A stretch of DNA of 64,000 nt from Squalus acanthias (GCA_030390025.1 CM059432.1:64916001-64980000); one strand, 5' to 3'; counted from the first letter of the stretch, positions 38,116-51,188 are shown. The notes: generated by a model not told the origin, from the sequence alone. Numbers and translations are program-made.

Positions 38116-39433
38116 GCTGATAGAATAGATGGCAGGTCAAATAGAGTTGACAGAAGCAATCTGTCAATGGTGAGAGAGGTTCTTCCAATGAGGTAACACT
38201 GGATGGAGACTTTGCTGGAAAAACTTGCAGCCTGCAGAAAGCTCAATCTGTGTTGGGAATGTAGTCAGCAACAGCTTCTGCCTGAGGAAAGTGATCAGCT
38301 GTCAGATGGTAGTTTTTAAACTACATTTTATGCTGTCAAGTAATCCGCTGGAGCAATGGCCACTCAACTCCTGCCTCCGGTTGACAGACATGGTTCTGAG
38401 TTGTGTGAATCCCGTGGCCATGCAGGGAAATTTAAAATGTTGGGGGGAAAAGGCTCTTAAGTGCCTGTAAACTACCTGCTAATGATTTCAATTAGGTCGT
38501 CCGCCTCTGCCAGTCGGGTCGCTGCCGCACCGGCAAACGCGCCCATGGGAAAGATACGTGGGGGCGGGATGACGGCGGGTATCCGACCATCTCTCAATTT
38601 TTTTCCAATTTGCCACCTGACCCACCTCCATTCCTGCCCGTTACCACCCCAGAAAATTCTGGCCATAAAGATTAAGATAAGACAGTAAAAGGGATTAAGA
38701 GGGGCAAAGAGAGAGTACGAGAATAGATTAGTGGTTAACATAAAAGGGATGCCAAAAGATTTTCTAAACATATAAATAGTAAAAGGGTAGTCAAAGGAAG
38801 GGTGGGGCCGATTAGGGACTAAAAAGGAGATATTCTTGTGGAGGCAGAGGACATGGCTGAGCTACTAAAATGATTTTTTGCATCTGTTTTCAGTAGAGAA
38901 GAGGATGCTACCAAAGTAACAGTAAAAGAGGAGGTAGTAGCAATATTAAAAGGGTAAAAATTGATAGAGAGGAACTACTTAAATGGTTGGCAGTCTTCAA
39001 GGTAGAAAGGTCACCAGGTCTGGATGGGATGCATGCTAGGTTACTGAGAAAAGTAAGGGTGGAAATTGCAGAGGCTCTGGCCATAATCTTCCAATCCTCC
39101 TTAGAAATGGGGATGGTGCCAGTGGACTGGAGGATTGCAAATGTTACACCCCTGTTTAAAAAATGGGAGAGGGATAAACTTGACAACTACAGGCAAGTCA
39201 GTTTAACATTGTTATTGGGGAAGCTTTTAGGGACAATAATCCGGGACAAAATTGGCATTTGAAAAAGTATGGGCTAATAAAATGAAAGTCAGCACGTATC
39301 TGTTAAAGGCAAATTGTGCTTGACTAACTAGATTGAGTTCTTTGATGAAGTAATGGAGAGGGTTGATGAGAGTAATGCGGTTGATGTTGTGTATATGGAC
39401 TTTCAAAAGGTGCCTGACAAAGTACCACATAAT

Positions 39434-41236
39434 GGGCTGTATTTTGCGACCCCTACTGGTGCGTACAAGATGTGCACGCGCCTGTAGGGGCCGTGCAAGT
39501 TCCGCGTTTAGGCATGCGAAGTGCATGCGCTGAAACCCGGCACTTGCGATCTGTCAAGAATCTTCTGCCCAATAAGGTAAGGTATAATATATTTAATTAA
39601 ATGCCATTTTAATTAATTGTATATATGTAATGTTCTTTTTTTATTTATTTCATGTGGTAGTGTATATTTTAAGTCATCCCCATTCATACTTATGACAGAA
39701 ATCATGCTTGACAAATTTGCTCGAATTCTTTGAGGACGTTACAAACAGGGTGGATAAAGGAGAACCAGTGGATGTGGTGTATTTGGACTTCCAAAAGGCA
39801 TTTGATAAGGTGCCACACAAAAGATTACTGCACAAGATAAAAAATCCCGGGATTGGGGGTAATATACTGGCATGGGTGGAAGATTGGCTATCTAACAGAA
39901 AACAGAGAGTTGGGATAAATGGTTCATTCTCGCGTTGGCAGTCAGTAACTAGTGGTGTTCCGCAAGGGTCAGTGCTGGGACCCCAACTCTTTACAATCTA
40001 TATTAACGATTTGGAGGAGGGGACCAAGTGCAACGTATCCAAGTTTGCTGACGATACAAAGATGGGAGGAAAAGCAATGAGTGAGGAGGACATAAAAAAC
40101 CTGCAAAAGGACATAGACAGGCTAAGTGAGTGGGCGGAAATTTGGCAGATGGAATATAATGTTGGAAAGTGTGAGGTTATGCACTTTGGCAGAAAAAATC
40201 AAAGAGCAAGTTATTATCTAAATGGAAAGAAACTGCAAAGTGCTACAGTACAAAGGGATCTGGGGGTCCTGGTGCATGAAACACAGAAGGTTAGTATGCA
40301 GGTACAGCAAGTGATCAGGAAGGCCAATGGAATCTTGGCTTTTATTGCAAGGGGGATGGAGTATAAAAGCAGGGAAGTCTTGCTTCAGTTATACAAGGTA
40401 CTGGTGAGGCCACACCTGGAATACTGCGTGCAGTTTTGGTTTCCATATTTAAGAAAAGATATACTTGCTCTTGAGGCAGTTCAGAGAAGGTTCACTCGGT
40501 TGATTCCGGAGATGAGGGGGTTGACTTATGAGGAAAGGTTGAGTAGGTTGGGCCTCTACTCATTGGAATTCAGAAGAATGAGAGGCGATCTTATCGAAAC
40601 ATATAAGATTGTGAGGGGGCTTGATCGGGTGGAGGCGGGGAGGATGTTTCCACTGATGGGTGAGACTAGAACTAGGGGGCATAATCTTAGAATAAGGGGC
40701 TGCCGTTTCAAAACTGAGATGAGGAGAAACTTCTTCACTCAGAGGGTAGTAAATCTATGGAATTTGCTACCTCAGAGAGCTGTGGAAGCTGCGACATTAA
40801 ATAAATTTAAAACGGAGATAGACAGTTTCCTAGCTGATAAGGGAATTAAGGGTTATGGGGAGCGGGCAGGGAAGTGGACGTGAGTCTAGGTTCGGATCAG
40901 CCATGATCCTATTGAATGGCGGAGCAGGCCCGAGGGGCCATATGGCCTACTCCTGCTCCTACTTCTTATGTTCTTATGTTCTAGTTCCGTACATATGGAA
41001 TCCCCATAAGTATAAAGGGGATTCCCTTCTTTCATTGGTTGGGCTGGCCCACGTGATCCCAGGGGTGCTTGCAAACCACATGTGCCCCTGGGGTACGTGG
41101 GTCTCTAAGCATTTCTACCAGGAGAGGCCCAGGATCGCAAGCCTCCATATCTCCCGGACCACCAGGTAAATGCGTAGATTTTTTGATGATCGGAGGCATC
41201 CGCCCGCGGGAAGTCTCCAATCGCAAATTCAGCCCC
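39434..41236. mobile_element. Harbinger-type MITE (same family as 1288..1915) interrupted by a CR1
   Basis: TIR GGGCTGTATTTTGCGA / TCGCAAATTCAGCCCC; AAT TSD. Confidence 0.85.
39695..40982 (+). mobile_element. Young 5'-truncated CR1; uninterrupted 391-codon RT/C-terminal frame 39708..40883
   Basis: [28 protein letters not shown], no stops; (TTCTTATG)n tail. Confidence 0.95.
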
Positions 41237-42718
41237 AATAGACTTGTTAGCAAAATTGAAGCTCATGGTATGAAAGGGACAGTGGCAGTGTGGATACAAA
41301 ATTGGCTAAGGTACAGACAGCAGAGAATAGTGGTGAATGGTTGTTTTTCTGACTGGAGGGAAGTATACAGTGGTGTTCCCCAGCATTTGATATTAGGACA
41401 ACTGCTCTATTTGATATATATGAATGACTTGGGTATACAGGGCGTAATTTCAAAGTTTGCAAATGACAGGAAACTCAAAAATGTATTAAACAACGAGGAG
41501 GATGGTAACAGACTTCATGAGGACATAGACAGGCTGGTGGAATGGGCGGATATGTGGCAGATGCAATTTAACGCAGAAATGTGCGAAGTGATACATTTTG
41601 GTAGGAAGAATGAGGAGAGGCAATATAAACTAAAGGGTACAATTTTAAAGGGGATGCATGAACAGAGAGACCTGGGGGTAAATGTGCACAAATCATTGAA
41701 GGTGGCAGGGCATGTTGAGAAAGTGGTTAAAAAGCATATGGGATCTTCGGCTTTATTAATGAAGGAATAGAGTACAAAAGCAAAGAAGTTACGCTAAATC
41801 TTTATAAAACACTGGTTAAGCCTCAACTGGAGTATTATGTTCAATTCTGGGATCCACACTTTAGGAAGGATGTCAAAGCCTTAGAAAAGGTGCAGAAGAG
41901 ATTTCCTAGAATGTTACCGGAGATGAGGGTCTTCAGTTATGTGAAGAGACTGGAGAAGCTGGGGTTGTTCTCTTTGGAGCAGAGAAGGTTAAGAGATTTG
42001 ATAGAGTTATTCAAAATCAAGAACAGTTTTAATAGAGTAAATAAGGAGAAACTGTTTCCAGTGGCAGAAGGGTCGGTAACCAGAGGACACAGATTTAAGG
42101 TGATTGGTTAAAGAACCAGAGGCGACATGAGGAAACATTTTTTTACACAGCGAGTTGTTATGATCTGAAATCTGAAAGGTGGTGGAAGCAGGTTCAATAG
42201 GAATTTTCAAAAAGGCATTGATAACTAATTGAAGGGAAAACATTTGCAGGGCTATGGGGAAAGGGCGGGGGAGTGGGACTAGTTTGATAGCTCTACCAAA
42301 GAGCCGGCACAGGTATAATGTGCCAAATGGCCTCCTTCTATGCTGTATCATTCTATGATTAAAGGTGAAACTGCTCCAAAACATCACAGTATAATTCTTA
42401 TTATTTTGACACACTTAGACCATTCTATTTGGAAAAGCTGGAAAGATTATTTTGGCAAGTCATTAAGTTCGAAATTGTAATAAAAAAGTGCTGTTTGATT
42501 ATATATTCTAGCAGTTGACTTCCCATAGTGTTGCTTGCAGACAAAAATATTCCATCTGTGCTTCTTTATGCTTTCTTCTATCTGTGTTTTTATTTTACTT
42601 TTTCCTTCTCTCTCTGTATGGTTCTTACACACATTTGTTTTTATCTCATTTGTTTGTGACTTTTTCCTTACTTTCTTTAATATTGTCCTTTCTTCTGTCT
42701 CTCCCTTTTGACTCCCAG

Positions 42719-43160
42719 GCCAGAATTTTAATCTGGAGGTGGGTCGGGAGCAGGGGGTGGGGGTGGGGGGTGGTGGGGAGGATGGGGGCGGGCTAGAAAG
42801 CGGTCGTGATACCCTGGAAAAAGGTTTTCCTGCAGGCCCTGCTGAATTTAACGGCAGGGCCTATGTAGCAATTGAAAGTTCTGTTTCCCGCCAGCAGCCA
42901 GCCAGATGGAGAGGCTGGCTGGCAGCGGGCAGGTAGGCCTGTGGCACTAGGCCACAGAGAGGAGGGAGGGAGAACTCAGGGGAGGAGGGTGGTCGGAAGC
43001 CGAAGGAGCATCATGGGGGGGGGGCGGGTGGTCAGGACTCGGGAGCTGGAGGAGCTGAAGGAGCATCGGGGGCCAGAGGTGCATCGGGCCTGAAGGGGGG
43101 AGGCCGGGAAGGCGATCAGGGGCCAGCGGGAGGATCGGAGGCCTCGAGGGGCAGTCTCAT
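42719..43160. mobile_element. GC-rich probable Harbinger/MITE end fragment
   Basis: Begins near GGCCAGAATTTT, like the TIR at 34589; no partner TIR found. Confidence 0.45.
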
Positions 43161-43869
43161 ACCAATGCATAATAATTCTTTACTACAATACTCTTAAATG
43201 CTGAAATTCATTTCGTAAAATTTAAGAATAGAGATTAATTCATTCAACTTCATCTTTCATGTAGATGTACCCTCAGATTTGAGGGATGGCAACACTCAAG
43301 AAAACTTGAGTTCTCCAAAATTGACCCAGTGACAACATCTAATCCCAGGTGAGACGTAGCACAGGTCCAATAGATTGCAAACATTTGTTTATCAATATGA
43401 CTAAATCGCAACCATAGAAAGGCACCTGCAGTGCTTAGTGTAATAATATCATTTCTTGGACTTCATATCCGTATGGTTTCTTATCACCAAATTACAGACT
43501 GCTGTGCAAAATAGTAAGGCAGTTTTTTTTGCTGTGGTTCAAAATCCACTGAAAACTGCACTGAAGTAGCAAAACTTCTTTTCCAAGGATAATAAAACTT
43601 AAATGGTAGGTTAACTTCAATTTAGGTAAAGTACCAAGGTCATGTGTCATGAATTTTCTGTTCATTTTCACTACTAAGTTTCAAGTAATCCTACAGTGCT
43701 CATCACCCATGATTCAGTCACTGTACAAAAGCCAAAATTATATATGGCTTCATAATCCCATATGTTGCTTATGTTGGTGTATGGCCATAAAAGAAATGAA
43801 CAAGAGGCAAAGAAAAGAGAAGTACAAATAGATACAGGAATATAGGAGAAGAGCTAGCACGAATGTATT

Positions 43870-44239
43870 GGCCCAGAATTTGCTGCAATGGAGATATTGG
43901 CAATGAATGCCTTGAGTTAGGGTATTGTGCTCCCCAATCCTTCAGTGGCAAATTTACGCCACAATTTGCTGTGTAAGGAATTAGAATATGCCGCAGTAAG
44001 CATAGCGCCAGATCAGGAGCAGCGCAGTCAATGGCCAAAGTAAAATCCCATTGTGATGTGATGCTACTCTGGCCCAGTAGTGTTTAAAATTCGCACAGGT
44101 ATGATGGACTGAATGACCTCCTTCTGTGCTGTATGATTCTATGATTTTATGAATTTATGTTTGAAGCTTAAAGCCTGTGAAAACTTTGCGGCAGCTGTCA
44201 GCGCGCCGTTCCTTCGCTGCTGACCACAAAGTCCGGGCC
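43870..44239. mobile_element. Small Harbinger-type MITE containing a CR1 tail fragment (~44092-44155)
   Basis: TIR GGCCCAGAATTTG / CAAAGTCCGGGCC; ATT TSD. Confidence 0.65.
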
Positions 44240-44784
44240 ATTACATTGTCTTTTCTCTCCACAGATGCAACTACCTGTTGAGTGTTTCCAGCATTTTCTG
44301 TTTTTGTTCCAGTATTTCATTTAATTATTTTTTTACTGCAGGCAAGCCCTGGATAGATAATTTCATAGATTTATCCACATTAATCCTGGGCTCTAAACAA
44401 ATAAAATCAGAGCAAATAAAGAACTACACGGCAACCAGATTCAAAAGGAATTAGGGGGGAGAAATTCGGTATCGCCCCGTTTAGCGCCTGGCGCTAATTA
44501 TCGCCTCCAACTGCAAACTTGGCTTTTATCGCCTCTGGAGGTGATTGGAGCGCTAAATCAGGAGCTACACACCTGTCTTAAGGCGCAAAGGCCGAGGAGC
44601 GAGGCGCTAATTCAGAGCGCGGGCGAAGCTCAGGTGATGTCAGTTAGCAATGGAACACAGACACAATGGCCCCGGCCAGTTCTTAAAGGGGAGGATCGAT
44701 CTTGCTCTCCAGCCACACCCTGCTCATTGCAGCCTTGAATCTCAGCCTGGAGAGACCTGTGCATCGAATCTGCAGCAAAGGATT

Positions 44785-46510
44785 ATGGAGAGGGCCAGGG
44801 AGCGAGCTCAGCACTTCAGTGACCGGGCCTTGGTGGCTCTGGTTGGCGAAGTGGAGCGCCGAAAAGCAATACTGTACCCAGAGTGGCAGGAGGCCATTGC
44901 CACGCGACTACAGAAGAGTGTGGAGGGAGGTGGCTCAGCACGTCTCCTCCAGGAGCATGGTGCCCAGGACCCATATGCAATGTCGGAAAAAGTTCAACAA
45001 CCTCACTCGGGTCGTCAGGGTGAGTGACTGCTTTTCAATACCTCTCCATCCCTCCATCTCAACCTCACTTTATGGCCAGAGGGTGTAAAAACCCCAATGC
45101 CCAACACTCATCCAAGACCTATGGCCATTTCATAAAACACACACGCACATTCCACGCCTTGCATACATTAAGGGCTGTTCAACCTTGGGAGGCACATCAG
45201 GCAAGCACATGGCTGTATATTTACTCAGACGCCGTCCTTTTTCTTGCAGGCCAAGCTCTCTCATAATAGGCGGCAGCAGCAACGGACGGGTGGAGGACCT
45301 CCTCAGCTGCAAACCCTCAGCGATCTGGAGGCGCGCGTCCAGAGGATCGTCGCAAGCCAGGTGATCGGTCCTGTCGCAGCTGGAGAGGTCGACCCCGTTC
45401 GGGACAGCAATGGTAAGGTCATCAGCTTTCTCTCCTCTCATTCTACTTGTCCCTCACAACACCAGCCTTTTACACTTTCAATTCTACTTACTAAATTGCT
45501 CCAGTCCTTCCTCCCTTACTGCCCCCCTATCCTGACGCTAAAGCCACTCTTGTACCTCCCTGCTTTCAAATGGTGAATCAGCAGCTGAGGAGACGGGCCC
45601 TCAAGCTGCCAGTGGGAGCGAAGCTGCAGGCGAGGAGGAAGAGGAAACCGGAGGATCAGTGCCACCCTCTCCCGAGGGAGCCCATGCCCACACTGGGGAC
45701 ACTCTTCCCTGGAGGGGAGCGGGGTGGGGTGGGGCGGCGGGGGGAAGGGTCTGATGAGGGTGAAGCTCCGGGGCCCAGCGGGCTGCAGCAATGCGATGGG
45801 GGTAGGGAAGCTCGGGGGCCATTTCCCCGGAGGGAGAGTAGGTCAGCGAGTCCTGCTGCACTGGACACAGAGGAGGAGCGCTCATCGCAGAAATGAACAC
45901 CCAGGCAGTGAACATGCACACTCAGCTCATGGGTGCAATGGGAAGGGTGCCCAAAAGCATTGATGGACTGGCAAGGTGTGTGGAGCACTTCGCTGCAGCA
46001 CAGGCGGACGCAACGCAACTGCTTAGAGCTGCAATTCAGTCACTGGCTGCCGTGATCCAATCTCAGACTGCTCTCATGCAGTCTCAGATTGAGGTCACGC
46101 AAGCACTGACTGCTGCCATCGTCGCTGGTCCGGCCACATTGCCCCGGGGCTCTCACGGCGCCGCAGCAGGCCAGCAATCTGGCTCATCAGGCTGCAGCAG
46201 ATTGCTCCGGATGCTGAGGTGCTGCCCCGTGGGAGTGCCAGTGTGTCGGTCGAGCACGGAGGTGCTGTCCTCTCTCAAGATGACAGCATTCCTGCTCCCA
46301 CCACTGTCACTTCCCCATTGCACTTGCCACTGCCTGTAGCCCAGACTGCTGCCGCCCATGCATAGTTGGTGTAGTCTGCAGCCGGGGCTTCCAGGCCTAG
46401 AGCTGGTCGAGGGTGTCCTTCAAGGGCATATGTAGTCTCAGCATCTGACATTCAGCAGCCTTCCACCAGCCTTGCTGCAGCCACTGGGGCACCATTACAG
46501 AGGAGCAGTA
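44785..46510 (+). pseudogene. Myb/SANT-like gene, 3 exons (44785-45019, 45250-45412, ~45570-~46510), frameshifted
   Basis: MERARERAQHFSDRALVALV...WREVAQHV...QCRKKFNNLTRVVR|gtgagt; ttgcag|AKLSHNRRQQQRTGGG. Confidence 0.82.
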
Positions 46511-46881
46511 GGGTGGGAAGGGGGGAAGTGCGCAAGGGTTGGAGATCACCCTCGAAGGGAAAAAAGTAGGAGGTCTCAAAAAATGTTGGGAATGTCTTTA
46601 TTAAAGGGCGAGGTTCGTCTGATAACTTTTGTTTAGTGTTTTGGCCATTATCTCCAGGTTGTGAGAACCAGTTATGTTAATTTATGATTTGCTGTGTTTT
46701 CTTCTATTACTTTGTCATGAATAAATGACACACACACAGTTTGTAAAATAAAAAAGTTGTTGTTTTCAAAATGTACATGTTTGGCCTTTGGAATCATTGC
46801 TGCCTTGGCCGGCCATAGGTGTTGCGGGTTGCTTTCCATCATGTTGTTCTCCATGTCAGAAGCCATCTTCTGAGTAGGGGC

Positions 46882-47940
46882 CTAGAAGCGGCTTGTTATC
46901 AGCCGTTGACGGACGGCCCTTGCAGTTTCAACATTGTGCCTTTGGTGCTGCTGCTGATCATCCTCCTCCTCTTCCTCCTCCTCCTCCGGTGGTGCTCCAA
47001 AGCCTGGTGGCATTGGCTGGGTCCTGAGGATTGCAAGGTTATGAAGAATGCAGCAAACAACTATGAAGAGGGAGACTCGCTCAGGAGAGTACTGCAGGGC
47101 TCCTCCTGAGTGGTCCAGACAGCGGAACCGTTGCTTGAGCACGCCGATCGTCTGCTCAATTATGTTCCTGGTGGCAATATGGCTCTCATTGTACCGCAGC
47201 TCGGCAGGGGTGTTGGGGTTATGGAGCAGTTTCATCAGCCAGGTGCAGAGTGGATAACCCTTGTCCCTGAGGAGCCAACCACTTGGCTGATGCGGTGCCT
47301 GGAAAAGTTCTGGCACATCAGTCTGGCGCAGGATGAAAGCATCGTGGCTGCTGCCAGGATAGTGGGCATTGATGGCGAGTATCAGTTGGTCACAGACCAA
47401 CTGCACATTTAAGGAGTGGAACCCCTTGCGGTTTCGGAAAACCTCTGCATTCTCATGTGGTGCCCGCAATGCCACATGCATGCAGTCAATGGCACCCTGC
47501 ACCATGGGGAAGCCCACTATCCTCGCAAAGCCCAATGCGCGTTCATGCTGTTTGGCCCGGGTCATCGGGAAAGAGATGTACTGGCGTCTCCTTTTATACA
47601 GGGCATTTGTCACCTCCCGGGTACAGCAACGGACCGCGAACTGGGAGATATTGGCGATGTCCCCAGTAGCTGCTTGAAAGGAGCTGGTGGCATAAAAATT
47701 CAGAGCCACTGTGACCTTCACTGCCACCGACAGAGACGTCCTGGTCCTCAGTTGAGGCTGCAGATCTGGCTGCAGCAGGTGGCAGAGCTCAGTGACCACC
47801 TCCTTGCTGAAGCGCAGCCTGTGGAAACATTGCTCCTCAGACAAATTAATGTAGGAGAATTGTTCCCGGAATACCCTGGGAGGGTAAGGTCTCCTGTGCA
47901 GAGGCTTGTTGGCCCTCCTCCCTCTGGCCATGATTGACAC
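46882..47940 (-). CDS. HARBI1-like DDE transposase, uninterrupted 352-codon frame (N-terminus appears shortened; function uncertain)
   Basis: GAIDCMHV, HDAFIL, RDKGYP, RNIIEQTIGVLKQRFRCLD, CCILHNL. Confidence 0.75.
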   Translation of the reverse strand: MSIMARGRRANKPLHRRPYPPRVFREQFSYINLSEEQCFHRLRFSKEVVTELCHLLQPDLQPQLRTRTSLSVAVKVTVALNFYATSSFQAATGDIANISQFAVRCCTREVTNALYKRRRQYISFPMTRAKQHERALGFARIVGFPMVQGAIDCMHVALRAPHENAEVFRNRKGFHSLNVQLVCDQLILAINAHYPGSSHDAFILRQTDVPELFQAPHQPSGWLLRDKGYPLCTWLMKLLHNPNTPAELRYNESHIATRNIIEQTIGVLKQRFRCLDHSGGALQYSPERVSLFIVVCCILHNLAILRTQPMPPGFGAPPEEEEEEEEDDQQQHQRHNVETARAVRQRLITSRF

Positions 47941-50001
47941 TCTCTCTCTGCATCTGATGCCTCCAAATCTGCAGGTGCAGGACGACGCCCCGAATCAGTG
48001 CAGCCCCCAAAGTCTCTTGACAATCGAAGCAATGAAGGTCAAATCCAAAAGAACCTGCAAAGTGATGCTCAGTAGCCAAAACTACTTCACACAGCATTGA
48101 CTCTCTGCAGAAGGCTCTCTCTCTCTTCTCAGAATCTCTCTCTGTCAGAATGAGTGGTGCAAAAATGTCTCCCACAAAAAAAGGCAGGAAGAGGGCTTTA
48201 AATAGCACTCCCCCAGCCCCTTGCCGACTGCAAAACGTTCCACTCTCCCTGTCGTTGCTTGCGGCAGGCGGAAAGGAAGGGGGCGCCATTCAATATCTGG
48301 TCCGGGGCACCACCAGGGCATTGCACGCGCGACTGACGTCACAATCTGCGGGCGCAGGAGATCGTGCCAGAAGTTTAGCACCGCCGCAAAAACTCTGGTC
48401 AATTTCACGAGCGGCGCAAATATCGCCGCACCCGGGCGCTAGTTGCTTTGTGCCCCATCAGCGCCCTCTTAGGGTGCTAACGGGAGGCGCAAAGCAACTG
48501 AATTTTTCCCCCTAGATCTTTTAGGTAACTAAGCCAACGTTGGCAAATTAAACATAAAATAGCAAGGAACCAAAAGAAGCAGTATGTGCTAAATGGTATA
48601 GTTAACCAGGTTGCTGTCCATAAAATATTAAAGACAAATAAGAACATAAGAACATAGAAATAGGAGCAGGAGTAGGCCATATGGCCCCTCGAGCCTGCTC
48701 CACCATTCAATAAGATCATGGCTGATCTTCGACCTCAACTCCACTTTCCCGCTCGATCTCCATATCCCTTGATTCCTCCAGAGTCCAAAAATCTATCTAT
48801 CTCAGCCTTAATATACTCAAAGACTGAGCATTCACAGCCCTTTAGGGTAGAGAATGCCAAAGATTCACAATTCTCTGAGTGAAGAAATTCCTCTTCATCT
48901 CAATCTTAAATGGTCGACCCCTTATCCTGAGACTATGCCCCCTAATTCTAGACTCTCCAGCCAGTGGAATCAACCTCTCAACATCTACCCTTTCAATCCT
49001 CCTCAGAATATTATATGTTTCAATGAGATCACCTCTCATTCTTCTAAACTCCAGAGAGTATAGGCCCAATCTACACAATCTCTCCTCATAGGACAACCCT
49101 CTCATCACAGGGTTCAATCTAGTGAACCTTTGTCGTTCCGCCTCCAAGGCAAGTATGTTCTTCCTCAGGTAAGGAGACCAAAACTGTGCACAGTACTCCA
49201 GGTGTGGTCTCACCAAAGCCCTGTACAATTGTAGCAAGACTTCCTTACTCTTGTACTCCAACCCCCTTGCAATAAAGACCAACATGCCATTTGCCTTCCT
49301 AATTGCTTGCTGTACCTGCATGCTAACTTTCTGTGTTTCCTGTACGAGGACACCAAAATCTCTCGGAACACCAACATTTAAAGGTTTCGCACCATTTAAA
49401 AATATTGGGGGCAAAATCCCCCTCGTTTGCGCCTCCAGTGGGAGGTGCTAGCGGGGCGCAAATGGCTTTTCGCCCTCCCGAGGTGATAGCCGCACCTCCC
49501 GCAAATTTCCGCGGTAGGTTAGCAGCAGCCCTACCTGGCATCGCCCTGATCTTCTGCGCCCGGAGATCATGACGTCATTTCCGGGTACAGCGCCCCGGTA
49601 GGGCCTCGGGAGATAAATTCCCCCTGGCGCCCCACACTGCAGCCAGGCTGCAGTGGCGCAAACCTTTCAATGATCTCAGTAGATCGGGTTCGCGAACTGT
49701 GAGGCCGGCTGCTTGTGGGGTGCCATTTAAAGGCGCGAGGGCCGGCCAACATAAAAAAAAAATCGGCGAATTAAAAGAAATTTTTTTTATGAGCACCAGA
49801 CACGGGCTGAGTGCCGCGATCGGTCAGCCTGCCACTCAGCCAAAAAAAATGCAGAGCTTGCAGCGGGGAGCCCTTCCCTTTAACTGAGGGATGAGCCCCT
49901 GCAATGTGGCAGTGCCACGTGTGGCCACTTGTGGCGCTGCTGAGCACATCATCCCGGATCGGGACATTCCCCGCCTCTTGCGCTCCAAGAGGCAAGTCAT
50001 A

Positions 50002-50894
50002 GGGGGAAAAATTCAGTTGGTTGCGCCTCCCGTTAGCGCCTTAAGAGGGCGCTAATGGGGCGCAAAGCAGCTAGCGCCCGGGCGCGGCAAAGTTTGCGCC
50101 GCTCGCGAAATTAACCAGACATTTTGCGGCGGCGCTAAACACTACCGCCACGATCTCCTGCGCCGGCAGATCGTGACGTCAGACGAGTGTGCAACGCCCC
50201 GGTATCGCCCCGGAGCGGATATTGAGTGGCGCCCCCTGCCTTACCGCCTGACGCTAGCAACGACAGGTTGATAGGAGCGTTCTTCTGTCATGAAGGGAAA
50301 GGGGGAGCACTATTTAAAGGTGACCGCTTCCTGCCTTTTATTGTTGGTGCCATTTTTGAACTACGCATTCTGAGAGAGAGTGAGAGAGACTTCTGGAGAG
50401 ATTCAACGTTGTGTGAAGGAGTTTTGGGTACTGAGCAGCACTTTGCAGGTTCATTTTGATTTGCCATTCCTTGTATCGATTTAGAAGAGACTGTGGGGGC
50501 TGCACTCTGAGCTCTTTGCCTGGTACTCTCCATTGTTCTTTCCAGCAGATTTGATGTGCAGGTCTCTCCAGGCCGAGATTCAAGGCTGCAATGAGCAGGA
50601 TGTGGATGGAAAGCAAGATCAACCATCCCCTTTAAGAACTGGCCCATGCCATTGTGTGTGTGTTCCATTGCTGACTGACATTACATGAGCTTCGCCAGCG
50701 CTCTGAGTTAGCGCCTCACTCCTCGGCCTTTGCGCCTTAAGACAGGTGTGCAGCGCCTGATTTAGCGCTCCAATCACCTCCCGGGGCGTTAAAAGTGAAG
50801 TTTCCAGTCAGTGGCGATAATTAGCGCCAGGCGCTAATCTTTGCGCCCGGACGATATTTGAGCCCCAAACGGGGCGCGACTGAATTTTTCCCCC
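50002..50894. mobile_element. Harbinger MITE (~890-bp family) copy 3
   Basis: Perfect TIR GGGGGAAAAATTCAGT; ATA TSD. Confidence 0.95.
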
Positions 50895-51188
50895 ATAGAG
50901 TCATAGGGCTGGATTTTTTCATTGGTGGCGGGTTGGGGGCGGATCAGGTGGCCGGCAGGTCCCACTCCCGCCTCCGATGTCAGGTGGGATAATTTAGCGA
51001 TTTTGCCCCAATTGGGCAATTGATTCCCAGCGTGTGCGCACCCCTGGCCCAATGAGTCTTTTGGCCCTGAAACTCGCCTCTGATGACGTCATTTATGCAG
51101 CTGCATTTAAGGGCTGCAAGCAGCCTTGGTTCATTTTCTGCCTTAGAACTTTTCTTAGCGATTCTTCTAACGGTTTTGTGCTGCTGAT

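Larger units (their letters stand above)
34589..38664. mobile_element. Near full-length Harbinger transposon (Myb-like +, transposase -)
   Basis: Perfect 15-bp TIR GGCCAGAATTTTCTG; ATA TSD. Confidence 0.95.
33890..42360 (+). mobile_element. CR1 LINE (endonuclease to 3' tail, internally deleted) split into 33890-34588, 38665-39433 and 41237-42360
   Basis: YYRPPNS, IIGDYN, LDLVL, GNSDHNII; flanks rejoin as WMTKD/IKIK and KVPH/NRLVSKI; tail ATCATTCTATGATT. Confidence 0.92.
44455..48512. mobile_element. Near full-length Harbinger transposon, full-length relative of the ~890-bp MITE
   Basis: TIR GGGGGAGAAATTC / GAATTTTTCCCCC; TAG TSD; both ends align with the MITE. Confidence 0.95.

Noticed and set aside
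46882..47940. Domesticated host HARBI1 gene
   Set aside because: Lies between TIRs with a TSD next to a decayed Myb partner, with many paralogous copies nearby
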